Shown: positions 50,301 through 62,300 of the stretch, in pieces | How positions within the stretch are numbered: position 1 is the first letter of the stretch | How the letters are laid out: each line of letters starts with the position of its first letter | DNA from: Octopus sinensis | Lineage: Eukaryota | NCBI RefSeq assembly: GCF_006345805.1 | Contig: NC_043022.1 | Coordinates: forward strand, 11,346,001 to 11,410,000 | Direction: 5' to 3' | DNA length: 64,000 bases | Notes under the pieces: model-generated | Database searches by the model: none | The model's input: the letters and a program-made list of their open reading frames with translations, nothing else | Told to the model about the DNA's origin: nothing | Made by a program: the position numbers and the translations under genes

Positions 50301-53300
50301 GGCTCTTTGTCTTAATTGTAATTTTAATAATGAGAACAAATCATTATTTAAATAATTCTTGTTTAAAACATGAAAATTGCAGCAAAGCTGCATAATAGTG
50401 GTGTCAGACGTGGCATGCAGACCATTGTATAACTTTTTTTTATTTTTCTCTTCTGTTTTACTTTGTCATGCGCATTGCGTTCTTATTCTTCTCTTTCATT
50501 TTATGAATTCAGTGTGCACATGTGTATCACATGTTCGTATTTCTCTTTCTAATTCCTACTCAAAACTGTTTACAGATCACAGCCATCTCACAAACCTGCA
50601 GTCATGAGGAGCGCTTCACGCTCTGATAGTTCTGAAACAGAAAAAAAAAAAAGAAGGCAAGGGAGACAACTTCGAAATTTTAGTTATCTACAATTAATTT
50701 TTGGAAATGGAATGCAGTGGGAAGTGATTCTGTCTTTTGTAGTACGATGACAACACTAGATATGCAGTTTTAATAAACATCAACAGTGAAACATGGTCTG
50801 TGATTGTTTGATCTTAGGTGGACTAGAGAGATGTAGGTTTTTCAGGAGTGAACATAATAATAATAATGAAATTATTGTATATAGTGCTCAGGTGCGCTAC
50901 AACTTGTCAAAAAGTGCGTATAAAGCATATGCAGTAATGTACAAGTGTCTGGAAAGTGAACAGTGTATGAGTCAGATACATGCTTGTGTGTGTATGGAGG
51001 GGAGAAAATCAGGTGCAGTGTTGGCGAATCTCAGGAAGCATGGAAGTTTTGAAGGATGCAGTGCTCCAACAACTAACAACTGATGCCGGCAGTCTGTTCC
51101 ATGCTTCAGCAACTGATGAATGATAGACTTAACAGACAGACAAAGATAAAATGCTCAGGGACTCCTGATGCATGAAAACTTAATAGTAAAGTGGATGCTA
51201 ACATATTTGATATAGTTAGCCATGGAATTTTTATTAGAATTGCAGCTTTAGTGATGAGAACAAATAATTATGTAAATTACAAAGAGTGGTCAAAGTTAGC
51301 ATCCACTGCTGGTGTTTCATTGTATACTTGGGTAGAAAATATATAATTTTGTACACTTCATTTTATGCCCTTATTATCTTTTCACTTCTTTAAACCATAG
51401 TCGTCACTTGCAAGCAAATATTACGGCACCTAATGGGTATGTTGCAAAATTTTTTTTGCAGATTTACGTTTATTAGATCATATTCAAATATCAAATCTTT
51501 GGCTAGTGGAATGAAATGATAATGTTTAGAGGCATAAAGAAAAGCCTGTGGCAAGGAACAATATATAGATATGTTGAGTTAAAGGCAATTAAGTACACTT
51601 TGTGGTTGAATGTTTTGAAATATTGAAGTTGTACTTGTTTGGCAAGTCATTTGATGTGTGACTGCATGTTGAGCCTGACACAGTTTCATTGTGGAAGAGT
51701 CATATACTCACATACACAAAAAAATTAACTGTTACAATTATTTTTATATTTTCATATGGTCTGTATAAAGTTGTCAAAATGTTTTGAGACACACTTCTGT
51801 GACTTTGTCATTGACTGGTCTGGAGAAAGGTTTGGGCTATAGCCTTCTTGAAATAAAATAATTAGAAACTCCTTAGATGGAGGATTGCATTCCTGAAGCT
51901 CTATGCCAGTCATGTACATACTCATATTTGTGGCAGCATTCACTGTGGATGGATCAAGCTGGCTCCAAGTTTCTCATGTCCATCACGAATGCTGACTGCA
52001 TCTGATGGTCAGTCACAGTTGGGACTGTAATGGATACTCACTCCTGGTTCCACTGCTGAAGACCATAGACACAGGGACCTGATTGTGCAAGTCACGTCTT
52101 CAGTTGTCTTCCAACACTTTTGTACCAGTCTGGGAAGGGAACTGAGTTGATGGCCTTGCGAATGAATTTCCTCTGTCAGCCTATTCCAGTCATGGGCAAC
52201 CTGTGGCCTGCAGGACTTTCTGAATGGCATGCCTTCAACTTTCTTAATTGTCCAGCCCACCTGATGATGAGCCATGTTTCATGCTGCCTGCTTTTCACAA
52301 AAGGTTGCCTCTGCAGTTGAATTAGTGACAATAACAGCTTCAATGCAAAATATTAACTATAGCTAACTAATGTTCTCTAATTTATTTAATTATTGGGGAC
52401 CCCATTAAAGACTGTCATGATACAGCAGTGCTTGGAAGGAAGATGTGTAGCATGTGATCATTGCATTGTCCATGACAGAGAATGTTATCATGGTGATACC
52501 TGATCAGAGACCTACACAAAGTCTGTACCACAACTGTATTCATCTGACCAGAAAGACACTCAGGTTTCAGTTGCACAAGATCTCATTGATTGTGTTGAGA
52601 ATACTGAAAATTTTTGAAAACTTTACATAGGCTTCTGAACAGGTATCGCCAAGCTCTTGGCAAAATTTGATACAGATTCTCCGCTCAACTTTTTCTGTCA
52701 TGGTCAATGCGATGGTCACATGCTACACATCTTCCTTCCAACCACTGCTATAAACAGTGGAAGTGTGCTAGAATGTTAAAACTTAGTGCCCATGCACAAC
52801 AAAGTTCAAAGTCAATCTGTGCCAAGCAGCTTCACTCTGGATACTTATTGATCAGACCACATACATCAGTTATACAATGTATATGTGAATACACACATAC
52901 ACCCAATACCTAATTTCAGATAGGTGGACTGAAAAAACTGAGCAAAGTATTGGCCTAAAGATCAGCTATGTGTAACCTTTGCCTCTCATGCTGTATGTGG
53001 CCATTTATAATGTGTACAGCATGCACAATATCATGATTATGTAAATATATGAACATTTTTCAAAAATTTTGAAAGTTGTGACTGTTCATCTGAACAAGGA
53101 ACGTGTCTATCTTTATGTTTACCCTAACTGGTGTTGTTTATATGTGTCTCTTTCTATCCCATAAATTAGTAATTCAACAAACAGAAATTTCTAAAATAAG
53201 AACCAGCCTGAAAAACTTATTGGAGTCAAGATGATTAACTAAACGCTTGAAGGCCATGCTGCAGCTTGACGACAGTCCAATGACTAAAGCCAGTGAAAGA

Positions 53301-56300
53301 ATGGAAGAATATATCTACATGTATGGATGGAATTTATAGAATTCTCATTGTACCACTTTCCATTTTCTTTTCAGATGTTCCATTCATAGTAACCATCTCA
53401 CCACGGTCACTTAATGTTCGAGTAGGAGAAACTGCTTCCTTTGTATGTAATTTTGGTAGTGGCCACTCTGGAAGCATACAATGGAGCAGAAGTGACAGAG
53501 TAAGTGATCTTAAGCAATTCATTTTCTACCCATTTCTACCTGTTAGACTAATTACATCCTTTCTGTTGTTAACATCCTCAGAGGTGCAACAGATAGGCAG
53601 AATTGGTAGAGATGCAGACAGAATACCGTATGGTTTTTAGCTACACTACTTTACATTCTGATTTCAAATTGTTATAAACCCAAACTCGAATATCAAAGTT
53701 TAAAAGGTTATCCATTTTACAACAAGCATGACTGCTATCTTTATTGCTATAATTCTTTCTTCATAAGTATTAGATTATTTTTGATATTTAGGTCATATTT
53801 GCCTACTACCTGAAGCTGTTTGCTTACCATCTTAAATAAGGAAGACTGCAATGGTCACAATGTATTCATACAGCATCACGCCACTCATACTATATAACTT
53901 TGTAATACTAACGTCAAGGAACTTTTCTTTTTTAACTTCTCTGCTTTTCCTTGAGGAAGAGTCACTGTTTGAAATGTTGAACGCTCCTCTGTTTCTTCTG
54001 TACAATGTATGCAGTAATGTACAAATGTCTGGAAAGCGAACAATGTTCCCCCCCACAGCTGGACGGGACGCCAGTCCATTGCAGCGTTTCTCAAGAAACA
54101 GGAAGAAAGAGTGAGAGAAAGTTGGGGTGAAAGAGTACAAGGGTTACCACCACCCCCTACCGGAGCCTTGTGGAGCTTTAGGTGTTTTCGCTCAATAAAT
54201 ACACACAACGCCCAGTCTGGGAATTGAAACCGCGATCCTCTAACCGCAAGTCTGCTGCCCTAACCACTGGGCCATTGCGCCTCCCAATGTAAAATTAGTT
54301 ATTTTGTATTCCTGTTTCTTTTCTTCTTTTGTTGTTGTTTCTAGAATTTTAGACATTAGCACATCCTTTACTGAATTTTCATTATAAAATTGCTTAATCT
54401 TTTTGATGCCAATTTATCTGAGACAGATTGCACTGAAGTGTTCATATTTAAGTTCAAATATGAACCAAATCTCATAATATGAATGATGTTACAATAGTAC
54501 AGTTGGTTAGCAATACCACTATAATATATCTATTCATGAAGTTACAATATTTTAAACTACCTCCAAATTCTGATTATATTTGAAAATTTCTGAAACATAC
54601 TTGCTATCCACTCATTAGAAAATTAGTCACAAAAGAATTAAATGGCTTTCCAATCATATATTTAATTAAACATAAATAAATGAAGGGTTGTCCCAAATGT
54701 ATGTATTTTTATGTATTTCCTTTAATCTGGACCACAACCTTCATTTCAGCAACGTTTGAATCCAAGAGCTGTTGTTCAAGGTGGTTATTTGACCATCAAC
54801 TCCGTGACCCCTTCTGATGCTGGAATATATACTTGCATTGGCTATGATGACAAAGGTGGCAGAGTATCTGAGACAGCTGAACTCATTATTAAGACTGGTA
54901 AGTTTTCTTTTAATTATTTATTTATATGTTCCTTAGTAACTGCTTTTATTTTTACCTATTTTAATAAGATAGTAAATTGGCAGAGTCATTAGAGCTTGGG
55001 ATAAAACAGAATCCCTTGTGTACCTCTTACAGCTTTCTGAGCTGAGTTCAAACTCTACAGAGGTCAACTTTGATTTTAATTTCTTACTGGGTTGATAACA
55101 TAATATTTTAGCAGTGCTAAAATATTATGTATCTATCTATCCGCTCAGTCGAAGTCGACTCTCGGTTACTTGATGGATCAGTGTCCACCAGTCAGTTCTA
55201 TCCTGGGCCACTTCTTTCAGATTGGCTATGTCCATTCCGGTATCACTCTTGATGGTGTCAAGCCAGTGGGTTCTTGGTCAGCCTCTTCCTCTCTTGCCAC
55301 TGACCAATCCGAACATGATGTCCTTCTCCAGGGATTTTCTCCGCATAATATGACCGAAATATGCCAATCTATGCTTGGTGATCCTAGCTTCAAGCAACAT
55401 TTTCGGCCTGATCTGCTTAAGAACTTCTCCATTGGTGAGCCTTGCTGTCCATGGAATCCGTAAAAGTCTTGACTAGTACTTCTTTTATTGGCTAATAATA
55501 ATAATAATAATTATCTTTTCTTATTTTGATACGAGACCAGCAAACTTGAGGGATGGGGAAGCTGATTGCATCTATCCCAGTGCTCAACTGGTACTTAATT
55601 TATCAATTCTGTAAAGATGAAAGGCAGAATAGGTCTCAACGGAATTTTGAATTCAGAATGTAAAGCCAGAAGAAGTGCTGCTACGCATTTTGTCTGGCAC
55701 AGTAATAATTCTGCCAGCTTTCTGCCTTAATGGTAATAATAATTAGTTTCAAATTTTGGCACAAGGCCAGCAATTTTGGGGAGTGGGTAAGTTGATAACA
55801 TTGCCTCCAATATTCAACTGGTACTTATTTTATTGACCCTGAAAGGATGAAAGGCAAAGTTGGCCTCCACAGAATTCAAACTCAGAATACAAAGTTAGAA
55901 GAAATGCCACAAACCATTTTGTCTGGTGCAGTTACAATTCTGCCTGCTTGCCACCTTAATAATAATAATAATAAATTTCTCGTTACAGAAACTACCTTTA
56001 CAGTTCAGATCACACCACCTTCCATTAAAGTGGTTGCAGGATCCCGTGCAATATTCACCTGTGGTGTACCAGGAACTCGTCCTTCAAGCATAGAGTGGAG
56101 AAGAAAATCTGGAGTGAGTAAATGTTTTTGTAATTTTTATTTTTTTAATTTCTTTTTTATAACGAGATACAAATGACTCAGTGTAATGACCACCTTTTTG
56201 GATTGCATGCAGGAATGGCTTTGTAATTAAGAGGTTTACTTCACTCCACAAATATGTGGTCAATCCCAAAGCATAGCAGCTTGAGCAAGTGTCTTATAAT

Positions 56301-59300
56301 ATCTGTTTCTTTATTACCCACAAGGGGCTAAACATAGAGGGGACAAACAAGGACAGACAAACGGATTAAGTCAACTACATTGACCCCAGTGTGTAACTGG
56401 TACTTAATTTATCGACCTGAAAGGATGAAAGGCAAAGTCGACCTAGGCGGAATTTGAACCCAGAAATTAATGGCAGACGAAATACGGCTATGCTTTTCGC
56501 CAGGCGTGCTAACGGTTCTGCCAGCTTGCAGCCTTTTGTCTTATAATGTCACTTCGGGATGGCTTTCTTGTGAGTGGAATTTGGCTGATGGGGATTATGC
56601 TAAAGCCTGTCATATATGTGTTTGTATAGATGGGTGTGTGTGTCTTCTGGTGATGTATATTGTCCAAAAGTATAAACACTAACCAGCCCCACTCACCTAA
56701 AATACTGCTTTTAACATCTTGATGGTATTTGTTACACAGATAACCTCATGTCACTCATGCCTTTATAAATATAATGGTCCAGTGATTATCTTGTTGGAAA
56801 CATAAAACTAATGGTGTTGTCATTCACAAGACCTTGATATGAAATAAAAAATATCTAAATGTCATATTAAACAGTGAAATAAACTTCTTGAAACTTCCTG
56901 AAGAACTTCAGATAGATTTTCTGGCTTCGTTTTGTTTTTGGTGTTTCAACCAAAGCCTTGTGAGTGGATTTGGTCAACAGAAACTGAAGGAAGCCCATTG
57001 TGTGTGTGTTGTTGTTGTTGTTGTTAAGCAACAAGACGGGTAAGGATGATTAGGTGATGGTCTAGGGCTTAGGGGCAGGAGACCTCCAGATCTTGGAAAA
57101 AGAAGAAAAAACTTTGGTGGTCTTGTTGTAGTCGAGGGCTCTTTGTTGACGTCCGACACCTCTGGGAGGTGGCCCTTGAAGTTTCTGAAAATGGAGATAT
57201 CCAGGACCAAATTCTTGAACGGCTGTGTGTGTGTTTGTGCTTGTTTCCTACCACCACTTGACAACTGGTGTTGGTGTGTTTACATCCCCATAACTTAGCA
57301 GCTTAGCAAAAGACACTGATAAAATAAATACCAATTAAAAACGAAAATAAATACTGGAGTTGATGAGTTCAACCAAAAATCCCTGAAGGTGGTGTCCCGG
57401 CATGACTACATCCAATGACTGAAACAAATAAAAGATAAAAGATATCTAGGAATAAAACATTTGGCCATAATTGGATATTAAGCCAATTAAAATGTTGTAT
57501 AGTTGTAAATATTAAAGGTTTTTGATCTGTTTGAAAAATTATGATCTTATAGGCAACAACTCATCTCAATTATTCTGTTTCAAGTGTTTTTACAGTGAAA
57601 TACTGCAAATCTAGGATGCATAGGATGTGAAACAGTGACTTGGTGTCAGTCAGACACCATATAAACTACCCAGCAAACTGCAACTCACTGTTTTACATTA
57701 CACTATATTTGGGGTTTGACAAAGAGTAAGGCATTTGTTCTATAAACTGAGCAACCTCCTCATTGAAATAGTAAGTGGCTGAGTATTCCACAGACGAAAC
57801 ATGTAGAATCAGTGTAACACAGTGTGTAACCAGGCAAGACCTTTTTTATTACTGTTGCAATGCATCTGAAAAGCTTCCACACAATTTCCATCTATTCAAT
57901 TTCCCTCTCTTAGCTTGTATTGACTTAATACAGATAACATGAACAAGCTTCTATGCAGTTACATTATCTGCTAGAAATAGCTGTCAAACCTCCTTCACAT
58001 CATATTTGTCCTCCTTCTAAACAGTAAAAGCACATTGGATAAATTAGTCTCTGATATACAAATGATATAATGTTCATACCTGGCATGTCTTTGATCATGG
58101 GTTTATTTAATCAGCGATGACCTTTCTTTAAACATAAATTATAACAATCATGTGAAGGTGCATGGCCTAGTGGTTAGAGTATTGCACTCATGATCATTAG
58201 ATCATGGGTTCTATTCCCAAACCAGGTGAGGGATTATGTTCTTAAGCAAAACACATCAATTCACGTTGTTCCAGTCCACTCGGTTGTAAATGAGTAAACC
58301 TGTGACATAATAGCCTTCCAACCAGGGGGAATGTTAGCCTGCTTGCCTAGCCACTGGTGTGGCATCCTTCAAAAGCTAAAACAGTGTGAAGCACATTGTG
58401 ACTGGCAATGTATAACAGCATCTACTTGTCTTGGTTGATACCATGATACCATGATAACAATAATATCAACAAACAATGATAACTGTTTCTTTTCATTCAA
58501 TTTCAGAGTCCAATTCCTTCAGGAAGAAGCTCAGTTGATGGCAGCCGTCTTGTCATCTATGATACTGAAATGACTGACACTGATGAATATATCTGTGAAG
58601 CAACCATTCGAGGTCAAAAGTTCACTGGTTCAGCCAGCCTAATTATTGAATTTGGTAAGTATTGTAAATATTTGTTATACTAGCTTAACCCTTTCGTTAC
58701 CAACCTGGCTGAAACCGGCTCTGGCTCTTTAGTATAAATGTCTTGTTTGCATAAGTTTTGAATTCAAATCTTCCATCAAACCTTAGTCACAATTTATGTT
58801 CTTAACATTAGCTGAATGATAACCAAGTTATTTTACTAAATTCTTTGTTATATTTAAAATAATTGAAAGAAACACAAAGCATCTCAAAATAAATACAGTA
58901 ATGAAAGGGTTAAATATTAGGTGAATGGGGGTTGAAAGGCCTAATTGAATAATAATTGTAATATCGTTTTTGACTAGAAACCAGTTCCTCATTTCTGTTC
59001 CAGTCAAAGGCAATTATAGAATATAGTCATAGAGCCATATCATGTCCAACTGTGGCCATGTGATTAAGAAGTTTTCTTTTTAACTATGTTGCTTTTTATT
59101 CACTTGTACTGTGTGTTAGAATGCCATCAAGCTGTAGAAACCATGTCAAAGCAGACAGTAGAGTATGGTATTGTCTTCTGAGTTGCCAGCTCCTGTCAAA
59201 CCATCCAACCCATGCCAGCATGAAAATGGATGTTAAATAATGGTGATGTACCATCTACCATAACCTTGGTTTGGCTAAAGCTTTGAGAAAGAAATCTTCA

Positions 59301-62300
59301 CAGTTGTGAGGAGAGCCATCAGATTGAGGAAACAGTGTTGTGTTTGGATGGAAGAATTAATGTGAATTAGTTCAGCATCACCTACTAGACCATTGGGTAC
59401 CTTTAACAGAGTCCACACTCTGTTGTTGCAAGCATTCAGCTCAGTTTTCTGGTCTAGCAATAACTTCCCTACTTCCTCTCACCAATCATGAAGGCCCTGA
59501 AAATGGCTGTGTGATGACTGCCATATTCCTTGGCATGTAAAAAGCACCATCTGATCATGGCTGTTGCCAGCCTCGCCTGGACTCCGTGCCGGTAGCACGT
59601 AAAAAGCACCATCCGATTGTGACCGTTTGCCAGCCTCGTCTGGCACCTGTGCCGGTGGCACGTAAAAAGCACCCACTACACTCACGGAGTGGTTGGCGTT
59701 AGGAAGAGCATCCAGCCGTAGAAACATTGCCGGATCAGACTGGGCCTGGTGCAGCCTTCTGGCTTCCCAGACCCCAGTTGAACCATCGAACCCATGCCAG
59801 CATGGAAAGCAGACGCTAAACGATGATGATGAAAAAAAAACTACAGTAACAATAGCATTGTTTTGTACTGTGTTATCTTTATTTTTAGTTGTACCATTCC
59901 TTGTGACTATCAACCCAAGATCTTTGAATATTAGACATGGAGAATCTGCCAAATTTATGTGTCAGATAGGAGCAGGCTATACTGGATCCATGCTGTGGAG
60001 TAGAAGACCATCTGTAAGTTCAGCTCTTTGTGGAATTTTGTTTTGTTCTTTTTATGTTATATTGGCTTTTTAATTATGTAATACTTCTATGATTTTTGTA
60101 AAAGTTATTATTGAAATTCTTTTTATTGCAATTTATATAGAAAACTCAAGTATAAAATAAATGGGTACAGGCTTAGACATGTGGGTAATAAGTTTGTTCA
60201 CAACCACATGGTTCTGGGTTTCATCTCTCTACATAGCACCTTAGACAAGTGTCTTCTGCCATAGCCTTGGGTTAATCAACGTTCACGAGTAGAATTTGTT
60301 GTGAAACTGTGAAATCCTAATATGTGTATGTTGTGGGGTGGGTGACGATGAAGATTGTATGTGTCTTTACTTTTATTTACACTAACCAAAAGAACCAGTA
60401 ACATTCTTTATGTTGCATCTTATAGCAGTTCAACAAATATTCTTGAAATAAATTCAATCTGAAATAAGAATTGGGATTAATATAATTGGCTAAAACCCTT
60501 GTAACAGTGCTCCAACATGGTCACAATTCAGTGATTAAAACCAGTAAAAGATTTAAAGAATAATCTGAACAACATACTAAGGGAATATATTAATCAATGT
60601 ACAAATACAATTGAACATTGATTTTACTGATGAATAGTTACTGCTTTATAAGTTAACTGAGCATTAACTTATAAACATAACATGAGCATCATCATGAGAT
60701 AATATCCTCCTTGTATTGACTGCTATGAGGGAGTTTCTCCATGGTCATTTGGATGGTAAGAAACAGCAGTTAAGTCTCTTGAATCATTCACTACCATCTT
60801 TTTTTTAAGAAAACCCTGCACATTGAGGATACTGTAGTCCAAGATAGACTGTCTGAAAGTATGAGATGTAGCTAGAATACATTTGATCATACAACTTGAA
60901 CCTGTATTAGAAACTGTATGATACCAGTATTGGAATTGATTTAATCAACTATATTCTCATCACAACAATTTATAGCCTTCTGTAAAGTTGTTGGCATTAG
61001 GAAGGGCATCCAGTCATAAAAACCATGCCTAAAAAAGACAGAGTTTGGTGCAGTCCTCTAGCTTGCCAGCACCTGTCAAACCATCCAACCCATGCCAGCA
61101 TAGAAGACAGACGTTAAATGATGATGATGATGACAATGATGACGATGACGATAACAATAGGCCAAGTTAAAAAGCTATTTTGCCAACTGCATGGCATTTC
61201 AGATTAATCATCATCAACATCAAATATTTTGAAGCCTCTATATTCATTCTATATTGTTTGTCATCAAAAGAATTTCTAACATAAGCACAAGGCCTCACAT
61301 TTCATAGATGGATACAGTAAGTTAAATCAACCCTAGTACTTGTGGTATTTATATTTTATCAAATAAGAATAAAACGTGAAGTTGGCATCAGTGAGATTTG
61401 AACTCAGAATGCTCATTGGAAATATCACTATTTCTTTACACAGCAGCCTCTCAGCTCTCGTGCTACACAATCAGAAGGTGTTTTGATGATAAACTCAGCA
61501 ACAGCCGATGACAGTGGTGAATATATTTGTACAGGATATGGACCAGACGGTCGAACAACAACATCATCAGTCCAGTTGGTTGTTGAACCAAGTAAGTAGT
61601 GTTATATTAATTTTGTGTTGTGAAAACTGAATGCTGTAGTGTAGTGGTTAGTTTTCTAGTTACCCAGTATGCAAACAAGCTCTTACTTGCTGATTGAATA
61701 CATTCCATTTCATTTACACTGGTATTGCTCTTGATGGAGCCATCAATGTTAAGCACCGATGCCTTCAACAGAATCCACTCTGTTGCAAGCATTCAAGTCA
61801 GATTTCTGGTCCGAGGATAATTTTTATCCCTTTCTCCTACAAGTGTCAATCAGTCACCAAAAAGGGTCTTGTGTGCTATTGTTCCACTTACATTGAAAAG
61901 AACACGATAATTAAAAATGAAAAGTAAAAACAATTTTCCTTGGTTTGAATCTGAGAATTTATCAAAGTGCTATAAATGCTGTCGAGAAAAACACATCTTA
62001 GAGAGCTACATATCCAAACAACCCAGATTTTTTTTTCTCAATTGTTCGCATCATCTCACATGGCTTTAGCTAAATCTATACTGATAATTTATCTCGGAGA
62101 AGACTAGTGACTATCTTTTTGCCTTATGAATACACTTCATGGAAACAACCTTCCACATTATCCCGACTGTTTTCACAATCATTTGGTTTACATTTGATTC
62201 AGTTGCACAGCTCAGTTTTTTTTGCTACTGTCTCAGGTGAAATGAAGCCTTGACTCTTTTGATACCGAGCCAGCTGAGACCACTCCTAGTTCAATGACAC

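Noticed and set aside
52187-52316. hAT MITE with cagtcatgggcaacct / aggttgcctctgca ends
   Set aside because: The right TIR matches only partly and no TSD is visible.
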